The position numbers and the translations under genes were made by a program. From positions 9,471,519 through 9,535,518 of the forward strand of contig CM082578.2 of assembly GCA_040954595.2 (NCBI GenBank): a stretch of DNA of 64,000 bases. Reading direction: 5' to 3'. Positions within the stretch are counted from its first letter, which is position 1, and every line of letters starts with the position of its first letter. This document shows, piece by piece, positions 12,731 to 23,835 of the stretch. The notes beneath the pieces are model-generated. The model was given only the letters and a program-made list of their open reading frames with translations. It did no database searches and was not told where the DNA came from. The DNA comes from Balanoglossus misakiensis. Lineage: Eukaryota > Animalia > Hemichordata.

Positions 12731-13741
12731 AGAAACTACGACAAATCAGTCAGAGTATCGACCACACTGTTGTCTGTGATCGACAACACGTATACGCGCG
12801 TCCGTTCACCGCGACAATAATGTGTGTAACGATCGTTCAATTCATTCGATCAGGCACTATGATCATGCCCCCGCCGATTCCACCAGCGCCCACCTTGTCA
12901 CCAACACCACTCCCACCACGCCCAGCCGCTGATATTACACCACCGTTCCAAACTACACTACAGCCGGCAGTACAGCCGATTCTCACGTCTCCGCAGACAG
13001 CGTGGATGATTGAGACTACTCCGCCTCCACTATGGTTCCCTCCTATCACCGGGGATGTTCTCATACCAGAATCATATATAGACCGGTGTAAGGTCGTAAG
13101 TTGCTCTATAGGCAACTTTGCCAAGAACCTTGTGTTTATGGTTTATTCGCCGAGTGAACGCGCCGGACGTAATTGCACAGGGCGTGTGTTTGGGGGTACC
13201 AAACAGAAATTGAAGTTAAGTCCCAGAAGGCTTAAGAAAGTTGAAGGAGCAACTTTCCGAAAATATTTTAGAAATAATGGACTCCGCCCTGACCATTAAC
13301 GATGGTTTATGGGCAAGGGCGAGGAGAAAGCCAAAAATTCATAGGCTCGGAAGCCTCGCCCATGAATTTTGGCTTTCCTCGAGCCCGCGCCCATAAACAA
13401 ACGTTTATGGTCAGGGCGGAGTCGGTTATTTCCATTATATTACCAACAAAATCAAGAAAACCGTCAAAATTTACGAAAATGTCCCACTAGGGGCCCCGGA
13501 ACTTGTGTTACGCAAAATTTTGTATTCACTTAACTGTTTGCTAATATTACTATTCAGATTTACGGGGATGTAAACAAACCATTACTGAGTATTTGTGGTC
13601 AGTGACGTCGTTCATCTCGACCAATTAAAATGCGACGCACAGGCCATGGTAATATAATCCCACGATTTCCCGCGATCCGCCGAGCGCGACGTGTGGTCAA
13701 AACAGTGCATCAAGGCAATCGATAAAGCTCTTCGCCGTTGA
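12731..13741 (+). pseudogene. Terminal exon of a Pro-rich BEN-domain protein, interrupted by a nested insertion
   Basis: Acceptor ccatttcccaaacag|12731; Pro-rich linker then SCSIGNFAKNLVFMVYSPSERAGRNCTGRVFGGTKQKLKLSPRRLKKVEGATFRKY; after the insertion SHDFPRSAERDVWSKQCIKAIDKALRR* (TGA 13739-13741). Matches the BEN pattern NFA..L....F...E....N..G......L.P......W..C..AID...R. AATAAA at 13886-13891. Confidence 0.8.
13268..13658. mobile_element. Nested palindromic non-autonomous element (possibly Crypton-like)
   Basis: 162-bp imperfect hairpin 13271-13432 (perfect 17-bp stem 13280-13296/13407-13423), followed by a 12-bp inverted repeat ATTATATTACCA (13434-13445)/TGGTAATATAAT (13647-13658); removal restores the BEN reading frame. 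Superfamily is a guess. Confidence 0.75.
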
Positions 13742-14954
13742 TGTTTTGTTTTTGTTTTTTTGGGGGGGGGTACCGTAGGGGGGGCTTTATCAGCATGTTT
13801 GTCGGATTGTCATTCTCTCGTTCAGAAAGGAAATGTTCCCTTGCATTTGTACAACTAATGTAGTGTAATTGTGTTTTAAATGCTTAATAAAGAAAACTAA
13901 CACTGACAACGGACACATTTTGTTCGTAGTGAATTAAACGCCCCTCCCTGAATGCCTAGTCTGAAATAAAACTTATGTTGAGAAGGAGAGTTGTACATTG
14001 ATTAACGTTTTCAACGGTGTAGTACCGGTGTAGCAACGATCCAGATACGACTCCGACGGAGAATGCTTTTCGCCTGTGCTGCGCCGGTGTTAATTTTCGA
14101 CAGCGATGACGGGTGGTTCAGATCCAGACCGAAGCAAATATACAGTGAGAACGCAAAGCACAACCCTGTCGTGACTTTTGATTATGTTTATCTAGGTAAC
14201 CTATTGTCTTGGGTCAGTTTCCATTGTTGAGTCAATAACACTGGACGCGAGTGGTTTTCTAGCCACTCGCAGTTATTAGCCGGGTCTGCCACCAACTTTA
14301 GGTGCTTTCGATCGCCGAAAAGACGAGGCGTTTTCGATTTGTGGATTAACATCCAGTACTTCTAAACAATATCAAAACGGTCATGAAGAAGACGACAAAG
14401 TCGTCCAGAACGCATATCCAGGTATAGAAACTGAGATATGTTGCAATTACATGTCCTCGACGTCCTCAATTTTTGTTAGTTGCCGTGTTCCTAAATACAT
14501 TGCCATTTAGACGGCGTTGATCTCAAAACAATGTCCGTTTAGTGTGTGGACGCACACAGATTCGGAGGGCTAATCCCCTGTTAGCAAGAAACAGGAAGTG
14601 CTACGATATTCGTCATTTTTAAGTTGCTGCAATTGATCTGTAGTTTGTACGTGTATGCTTTACATGTATGCATCTGTGGTAACATAAAACACAGGTTACA
14701 AATGAACATAAATGACTACATGTACATAGTGTTTTGAACCACTAGCATTCTTTATCTGAATTGGAGGTTGCGCAACTAGACTAGAAAAACCAGAAATGCC
14801 ATGGGATCAATCAAACGTTTTGGGGTTCAAACCGACCGGCTTCCTTCAATACTTTTTGCGTGCATGCTTGCTTTCGAATTTGGGACTGAGCTTGTGGTTT
14901 CGGGTAGCGTGGGTCTACGCGTTCCCTACACATAATGAAGCCCATAGACAAGGA

Positions 14955-15136
14955 GCAAGCCTAGCGCGCCAGGTAAACAAGCGCGCTTCCTGTGACCCGG
15001 CTGGCCATGCAAGCCAGGTAGCTCATGAATATTCAGGATTCAAGCCTGGCGCGCTCAGCAAGCACGCTCACCAGGCCTGGCGAGCAGGGCGAGCCACCTG
15101 GCTTGCTGCGTTCAGGAGCAGGCGCGCCAGGTAGAA
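14955..15136. repeat. Right subterminal repeat array of the CACTA-like element
   Basis: Repeated GCAAGC/GCTTGC, GCGCGC and CCAGG/CCTGG motifs in both orientations next to the right TIR. Confidence 0.8.
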
Positions 15137-18100
15137 CAGGACATTCAGTCTGTAGTGTACTTAAAGAAGAGCCGAGGAATTCGAGGGATCATTTGTTTGT
15201 CACTTGAAGTTGGCCTCTTGAAGTATTTGTCGTCTTGGGACATTAACTGTTGGGATATCTGCCAGACTCTCAATCTTTCACTTGCACTATAGCAGGCATG
15301 CACACCAGCAAGTATTGTGTGTAAGTTAACTTTCAGGAGTTTCTGTGGCGTCAGTGATTGCATTATCTTGAAAAATGGCGATTTTTATACAAACGTTTGT
15401 ATGTAATGTGTATTTTCAGACTTCATCTGACGAACGATCAATTCCATTAGTTTTAGCGCAATTTAAACCCTCTCTCCCAGCTGTTCACAAATTATACATG
15501 TACCTATAAAATATCAATGATGGTGGCAAACGCGTGACAGAGAGATAGTCCCTATCTAAAATTATTTGATTGGAGAAAATATGCGTGTTCGCATGCGCAA
15601 TTAAGCAGGAAATCGGTAATATGCAATCACCAGCCATGCACACGACTCTAATAAGAAGGTCTGATAGGAAGGTCCATTATTCCTAAACAGACATTATTGT
15701 CGTTAATTCACACGTGAGCTGTGTGTACCTTGAATAGTATCCCTCGAAGGTCAGCGCACTTTATTTGATCATGTATAATCTGAGTATTATAATAGTCACG
15801 TCTTCAATTTACAAACCAAAATAGTGATCATGTAACAGGTGGCCATGGACAGTAGACGATAATTGTTTTTGCTGCAGACGTTTTGTCAGCTGTGTCACCA
15901 AAAGAAAGAAAAACGTTAGATTCTCAGGCTGTGTAGTTGTACGTCCGAGAAGTTTACAGTTAGCGGAGCCGACGTCACTTTTATGAAGCACTCTGGCGTG
16001 TATATGAACATATGTCCGCCGATAAAACAGTTGTACTTGTACTGCGTCTGGTAGTTGAAATATCGGATTGATTTTCACGTTGAGTGCGCGTGCGCGAGCT
16101 TCTACACTGACGTCAGCGTTTTGCATTATTTGTGTCATTGCATTTTGTCCGCCGAGATATTGCACTTGTACACTGCACCCAGTGCACTAGGAATCCAGAT
16201 ATTGCACCTGGCGTACTGACATTCACTCACACCACAAAAGATTGCAAATTAGTCATTGTTCATTTTGAAAGAAATGCTGTCTCCTCCGGAAAGAACTGCG
16301 TACATACTTCGGCCATCTTGTTCTGTAATCTCTGCGCTGGGCTCGACCTTTGGTTGGGGTTTCATTTCTACCTCGCACACGGTTTCCCCTGAAAGTTTCA
16401 TTTTTTCGACGTACCAGAACTTAATTAAAGTACTTTGCTGACGTACAAACGACAATTCATACTCGGTAGAATTACTTTAAATTTACGTGTTTCGAGAAAA
16501 AAATTCAGAAAAATGTTACTTACTGTAGAGGATGTGCGCAATTGGGGCTGCAAGCCAGGCGCCCTCGATTTTCGTCAAGTCACTTTACATGACCGATCGT
16601 TCATGTAGAATATCTTCAATGGGAGTACCACAGTCTTGGAAAATCCAGTCCATTGTAACAGTCATGACCATCAATTTCACTTGGTTGTAGGAAATAGCTC
16701 TGGGTCGTTTTCGTCACAACTTTCAGCCATGATGCTAGCACGTCAAAGACTGAGTTGCGAATGAAGGAAGTGGCACCTCACTGACCATCTGGCAAATAAA
16801 CTGGCAGACAACTATCCAATGGATATGGGTCATTCACCAGGGGCATTTTGTGGAGCTTGTGATTGGTTGATGTGATTGAGAAGTTGATTAGCATACCAAG
16901 ATCACAGATGTTGCCTTAATGCTACGTGTTGTAAGAAGGACAATGTGCTCGTGAAGTCGTTCAGATGAACTTCACTCGGGCGAAACATATACATGCGCAT
17001 ACATGTTTTCTCTGCTTCTTGATATTTGCTAAAATGGCATCACTTTCCAACTGTCACATGCACGCTGTGTTTATAATTGCCTGAGACGAGTAACATATCT
17101 GGACAGCTTCTCCGGTTAACAAAAAACCGTACATGGAATTCACTTCCCCTAAGAGCCAGAGTGAATTGCAACAGCGTCAGAAACTAGCGTCTTCACCCGC
17201 ATATGTTCAAGTTTAGACCGACGTTAATGTTTTACTACGCATCTCGGAAATCAGAGTCTTAAACTATTTCTCATATTTTGTTCAAGGCAACATTAGTTTG
17301 TTCTCTCTTAAAAACTGAGCCTAAAATTGGAGTCGCCGAGCAAACTTTTCAATAAACGGAGCGAAATTATCTCAAGTCTATAGTTCAAAATACATAGTAC
17401 ATGTACACAGATACATACTAGATACATACATAGATATATAGATACAGACAGACAGATACCTCTTATAGTAATATCTCTTTCAAAAGCTTAAATGTATGCT
17501 CCTCGTTCGAGCCATACAGTAGACTTCTAAACAGTTCTTTCATTGAATCTCCGATTGAATGTATATCAATAGCAGCCGATAATAAAAACGAGTGGACTAG
17601 ATGAACCCCGCGGTTATTTACTCCAGACAATTTGCCGATGAATCGCTATCAATTACCAATGACATCGACTGTATATGCGATTGTGAGCGTGTGTGTGTGT
17701 TTGTGTGCGTATAGCGGTGTGTGATTACGAACGCGGTTGAACGAGAAAGTCGGCGAGAGTCACGTTCGTTTGGTAAAGCCTCACAAAGGATGTGGCACGC
17801 ACACACACCGACTGGCTGAAAGGAAGCCTCTTCTAATCAGGTGGAACAACCTAAGAGTCGAGTTGAATCGATTCAATCAGCAAGAGGAGAGTGGCGCTCA
17901 AAAAATTAGGCTAACCTAAATTTTCGGGCTGGAGTGGCCATTATCAATATCCGTGTATTGGGATGTCTTGATTTTTTTTTGGTAGATCCCGGCATCTTCT
18001 TTTATTTAATATAACGGTTTGGAGTTCATGATACTTGCGATAAGTTGTATAGTTCCGTTTAATAAAATGGAGAAAACGGCAAGATAAAAACCGCGCCGTG

Positions 18101-20201
18101 GAGCGAAATTTCTAATTTCTAACGATGTTGTCGCATAAATGTTATAGTCTTAATGTCTCACCACTTGAATCTATATGGCATTCTTTGGGAGTCGCATTCA
18201 AAGGACAAAAACAGCGAGACTGATAAGGGTCGTGTAGGCGTTTTATTAAGATTTCACAAGGGGTCTATAAACTATAGATTTCAAGTCGGGCTCTCCATTA
18301 GTTTCATTAAAACGCCATCGCCTTGCAACTGACAAAGGCAGATAGAGAGGAGACGGGCTGCGCTGTCTGCTGTTGCCTACTAGAACTACATAAGATTTCT
18401 AATGATTAACTGCCATTCCTTCGGGACACACGACCCTCCCTGTGGGCTCGTCCTATTTTTCACTTCCCGGGCGACGGGAGCTGTGACACCCCCCCGAAAT
18501 CTTAACCATTTCCCCCGGCGGCTTGAGACGTTCATCGAGACTGTGCGAGGTGGTTACTGTTCACGAGTATAAGTGAAATTAAGTATCATGGGTTGCAAAG
18601 TACCTTTGCGTCTACCTCATTGCATGCCCTCCTGCACAGTACCCAGCATTCCATCACTGACAGACAGACAGACACACAGACAGGTAAGCAGGTTGGTCAG
18701 TTGGTACATGTAGATGGAAAGTTGGTTGGACAGACAGATAGCAAACAGATGATAACAGATGTCTGATGACACTTTTTGGTGACGTTTGATCCCGAGAAGC
18801 CATAAAATAGCATCTGCTTTGACATGTGAGTGATAAACAAGAACATATGCTGCGACATATGATACACAGTCATGATATGATAATTAATTATAAGCCATGT
18901 TATTGAGACCACCATCCGTACAGTGTCACGTATCGTTAATTCCTCGTATATAAAACGCAACAATAGTAATGCCCGGGTGGACCATACAGCGCTGTATTTA
19001 TAGTGTACATCATAACGCAACTGTCTCTAAACGCTAAATGCGATAGCAATTATTTGATTAGGTTAATCCAGGGAGCAATATTGAATAAATACATTTGTAT
19101 TATTATTACGATTGTAAACGACGCTACTGTGCTTGATATTGTATAATTTGTGACATGGAAGAACGCACAATCCCCCGCCCGTGGTACAACTGTTACTTAT
19201 ATTTGCTTGTGTGTTTTTGTTGTGTTATTGGGGGGGGGGGGGCATTGGGAAGTTTTCCATAATTACGATTGGGTGGAGCCGCGCACGAGTCACTGGACTG
19301 GTTATTAAAAAGCAACGTACTACCGTGTGGCACCGCCAGTGCAATACTTTTCATGTAATTATGATTGATAGTACAAACGTCTGTAATTACTTCATATCAC
19401 TGAATTTTCTTTGAAAATGTCTCTTGAAGATTTATCTACAATGATTATTGGTCAGATAATAACTCTAACTGTAAGATATATTATATGATTGCAAAAGTAA
19501 TAATGGTGGTGAGATATGGTCAACATCTTTAAATCCTCGTCAGACTGCAAATCTCATGAAATGCAAGAATTTGATTCCCTCTGCACGGACTCTTAATAAC
19601 TTTGGCGATGAAATATTAAAGTTCTCAATGAGTATTGTCGAGTATAATGAATACCATACCCGGCATTAAAGGTATATAACTATATGATTAATAATGTACC
19701 CAGAAAGTGAAGTCCTATTAGTGAAGAAATGAAGAGACAGTCCGATTTTGAATTTCAAGTGGATTACTAATCTACTGAATATATATATTTTTTTTGCTTC
19801 AAAAGTTCCAAGCATACAATGTTACCCCATTAAACCAGATAGTGTTCCTTCGTGGAAGCCAACCCTCCTGAAGAACCACTTTATATGTTCACCTGACCGT
19901 CAGATAATGACCGCGAGTTCCACTCAACCCACTTCGTAATAAAACCCAATTCAAAACAGCCTGACAGTGAAAAGAGAATACGTGGGCTTGCGCGTTGTAC
20001 TTGAGATGCGGAGCCAGCGATCAATATATCGCCCACTCATATACATGTCGACATTAGTTACTGATGGATGTGTCACGTTCGACTGCCGCGCGGCCGGCCA
20101 GGTTTGCAACCGAGTCATCGCTCCCCGGGCGTTGCTCTCAATTTGCGTTGATGCGCCGATGATACGTTATATGCACACGTACCATCTCGATCGAAGCGCA
20201 C

Positions 20202-20373
20202 TATAAACTGGAGTGCTGATTCCGACTCGATATCTTTTAATATCCGAGAGCTGAGCACCTGTTGAAGTGCTCGTTTAAATAGATGTCTTGGAAATGTCAG
20301 CCATAAAAAAACGGCACTCAGAGATGCCGCGGCACTCTACACTGTGTTTGTCGAGAGGAGTAGGAGTAGGCAG
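20202..20373 (+). promoter_or_regulatory. Candidate TATA box plus 5' exon, possibly of the 31-40 kb membrane-protein gene
   Basis: TATAAA 20202-20207 after a CpG-rich stretch; donor CAG|GTAACT at 20373/20374. Link to the downstream gene is inference. Confidence 0.3.
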
Positions 20374-20621
20374 GTAACTATTATAATAGGCGATGTCACC
20401 AACGAAGCTGTTGATATCGTTCATCGTTTTGATTCATAATTTATTGTTGTCACGCGTTCACGATTATAACGAGACGAGAGTGACAAGTTATTATGTTCGA
20501 GACTCAGTCATCATGAAAGATTAGAATGTCAAGGTTTGTGTTTCTGTGCGTCACTCTTCGGCCTCTTGAGGGCGTGTTTCACGGAGTTGCATACTTTTCA
20601 GACTCGGATGGGCGTTTTTAA

Positions 20622-21125
20622 AGGCACGTAAGCTGTAACTTTGGGGATAATTTTCATAATTTTTGTTTCAAACTGCACTACCATTAGTCCATGCAGATGA
20701 AGGCAGTGAACTATACACAAGCATTATAAACCCTAAATATGAGTGCATATGCAAGTTTTAACCAGATAAATAATAAAGCTTTGCCGCAAGCGATTATGGC
20801 CGCCACCGTGGGAAAATGCAAGAAACAATGAAAATGTCGCATTTCCGGTTGTGAAACTTCATAAACAAAACATGATCTCATCCACTTGAGCTCATGGAAG
20901 TAAATGTACACCACTGAGACTTCAGATTTTCATTTTTCATTGCAATATTGCACTTTTTTTAAAATTGCAGGAATTTTCGTTTTTCTTTAATTTTTGGCCA
21001 TTTTGTCATAAATAAGTGTTGAGCTTGATATATTATCATGAAATAGCATTTAATAGACATAATTAAAAGCATATATGACATTATTTAAAACTTTATTTTT
21101 TTATCCAGTTGCAGCTTACGTGCCT
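20622..21125. mobile_element. Kolobok-like MITE (504 bp)
   Basis: 19-bp TIRs AGGCACGTAAGCTGTAACT / AGTTGCAGCTTACGTGCCT (1 mismatch), TTAA on both sides (20618-20621, 21126-21129), RR...YY termini, AT-rich non-coding interior. Confidence 0.85.
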
Positions 21126-22198
21126 TTAAAGCGCGTCTAGTCAGACCAATTTGATCCATTAGGTTTTATGAACCATAGTCGTTATATAGGTCTAAACTAA
21201 GGGGCATGTAAATTCGAGGTGCTTTCCCCAGACCATAAATTTTGCCCACGAGTTGAGCATGGAACGACTGCGGCTCAAGCCGAGGTACAAGGGCGTATCG
21301 CGTAAAAGGATTTAAGATAAGGTTCTCGAGATCTCAACTCTCAGAAGACTCTGTACCTTTTATGTAAGTCCTACCTCCAAATGTCAATTTCCTCGCGTGA
21401 GTTGACTCATTTCTTTTATTAAAGGGGCAATCTTCCGTTTCCATAAAAAAGTTATGGAGAACTTTATTCTGGCCAGTTGTCGACAACAGTTTACAGATCC
21501 ACAATTCCGGGAAGCGAGGGACGGGTTTATGGGAATTATGTTCAGCGCAATATTGTACATGCGCGATTGACCACGGATCCCCCGTGTTTACAAATGTAAT
21601 TTGCTCTAGCGAGCGCAGCCCACACGACAGGCGCGGATTACCCTATTGAATTGATACCGTTAGACAGCGAGTGTCGCAGCGCAGCGATCACCAGTGTTCC
21701 TGATTGAGGGATTCGCGACAGCATCTACGTGATCCCCCGGCGCACTGCCGTATCCATCTCGCACAGTCGAGTCCAGTCCAGCGCACGTACGGCGACGATG
21801 CGTAAACGTATATCGCACGCGAGCTCTCGCTGCACCGCCGCCGCTGTACGTGGGAAGTCAATCGAGTAGTGATGATGCCGGCTTCAGTCTATAGACAACG
21901 GATACATGTTTATATATTCGTGGCTCCGCCGTTTCTCGTGAAGCGCTGCTCGAGACCGAGGGTACGGTGCTTCGGATGATTACTGTCACAGTGTGCCGTG
22001 TGACGCCGCCGAAATTCGCGTGCTCCCCGCATGCAGTAGAGAATAACGGGTCCCCAAGCCTGTTTTAAGACAATGCTAAACAACCTCTCGTGCCGTCGAC
22101 CTGTGCTGTGTATAGGTTCTTCGAATTCCATTCATTAATCTGAGAGTTTTTTTGGCTCATCCCAACCAAGGACGGAATCCTATCGACAACAGCACATA

Positions 22199-23070
22199 TT
22201 AAGACCCGACCTTATTAGCGGAAAACAAGGTAGGAGAAATCCCATCTGAATTCCTTGCGCAGTCCGAGATAGCGGCATATATATCAGTTCCCATATTCGA
22301 CCCTCTGTACGTGATTGCGTATATTGCCGGCCATGATTTCTTTTCAACCTCACCTTCAAAATCGGCATCCAACCGACATTTCGTAATCGAATGCTCCACA
22401 TTAATCCTAACCAGCGTTTCCATAGTAACCACAGGTCTCCTTTGCTCATTCACTGAATCATATTCACACCTCCCAATGATGAATGTGGAAAATGTCTTTT
22501 TTTGTCGATCCGTGTAAATATTTCACTAATAATCAACAGATCAGGTGCGTGGCTGTTTTTTAAAATCTTTTTAGAGAGAGAGAAGCGGCGCGAATACACG
22601 TATCTCTCTATTTCCCCGGTGTCCAGTGTCACTGCCAGTGCTACAGGTAGAGAGAATAGGGACCCCCTGTCACATTCACTTGTAGGTGCTTCCGAGCCAA
22701 TATGCGATCACAGTGCTCGCTTTCGGCACTGTCGTGACCCATTTTCACTTTCCCCCCAACGATGACGTCTACTAGTTGCGATTCGAAATCCCTGGGAGAC
22801 CCTGGCGTGCGTCTCAAGACGAATCTTTTCTTTTTCCGCGCGATTAAAAGAATGCCGAGAGGTGTGAGCGCGAGGTGTATCGGTCCTCGGGCAAATATCG
22901 ATGCCATCGTTGCCCGCCAGAGTATAAGATTGATCCAGATATGAGGTGGCTTATCACAATACACTGTCAAGTCTATAAGATGTTGAAGGTAGCTGTGGAA
23001 AGGAGCTGTAAGCCGACGAGTTCAACCCGAAGACGCAAAATGAACCGCCAATATACGTAACACTGAAGGT
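22199..23070 (-). pseudogene. Frameshifted coding relic, family unknown
   Basis: Four minus-strand ORFs (22954-23184, 22641-22970, 22450-22632, 22199-22453) abut or overlap in a chain with protein-like composition (e.g. LPVALAVTLDTGEIERYVYSRRF). Confidence 0.3.
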
Positions 23071-23492
23071 CAGGCAAACCCCATGATGCTTCATTTTCCG
23101 GTGAATTGTCTTATAGATGACGTGGAAACTACATGTGTAGAAGTTATATAGTATTGCCGTTGTGCATAAAAAGCAAAGACACAAAAAATTAAGTGAACGT
23201 GAGATTAGAATTCTGCATCGTGACGTGTCGGTGTTGTTCGGAGAATGATGTCATCCGCCCACTTCTAAATCTTATGGTTTATGAGGAATGCTGGTTTTGC
23301 CGCATTGCTCTTCAGTCGCGCTTTTCTATTCAACTGCGTTGTGATTTGACCTTATACAATGTATATGTAGTCACCTTTCTTCGCACATTGTGTAATATAT
23401 TCATGGGGAAGGAAGTCGCACGCCGCTCATTGAAGCGACGTCCTCTTTCGCAGTTCCCCCTTTCCGTATCAATCACTCAGTACATGAATTAC

Positions 23493-23835
23493 GGAAATAT
23501 GCGCCTCGGAAATGTATTTGCAGAAAAAATTCAGTCCACAAAAATTTCCAAATTCTTAGTGTTATTGAAGTGTGTGAGGAATATTTTGGAAAATATAGAA
23601 GAAAACTGGTTGTTCACCGTCTTGTGTTCATAAAAATAACTGCTTTCAAGAGTTAGCACAGAGATTGGCGGCCATTTTGAATTTCAAATATCAGACAATT
23701 TTTCTCTCTCATTCATAATTTTGCACGGTGACCCCTTATTTTTATTCTCAATTATTAATAGAAAAATAATTTAAAGTTGCCTTGAGGAAAATATGAGAAA
23801 AGGTCTAAGACTGATTTACGAGGCGCATAAGAACC
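23493..23835. mobile_element. Degenerate Kolobok-like MITE, second family
   Basis: Imperfect TIRs GGAAATATGCGCCTCG ... CGAGGCGCATAAGAACC; flanks TTAC / TTAA; a related solo end CGAGGCGCGTACTACC-TTAG lies at 34831-34850. Confidence 0.6.

Larger units (their letters stand above)
9605..15157. mobile_element. CACTA/EnSpm-like DNA transposon, apparently non-autonomous, carrying a BEN-domain gene
   Basis: Perfect 21-bp TIRs CACTACAGACTGAATGTCCTG (9605-9625) / CAGGACATTCAGTCTGTAGTG (15137-15157); TA on both flanks (9603-9604, 15158-15159); GC-rich subterminal repeat arrays at both ends; CACTA terminus. No transposase ORF seen. Confidence 0.85.

Noticed and set aside
12682-13299. 205-aa ORF as an intact gene
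   Set aside because: Starts at TTG upstream of the splice acceptor, and its last residues (FRNNGLRPDH) come from the nested insertion.
14796-15207. ORFs 14796-15134, 15025-15207 (and 9491-9727)
   Set aside because: Read through GC-rich transposon subterminal repeats; no coding features.
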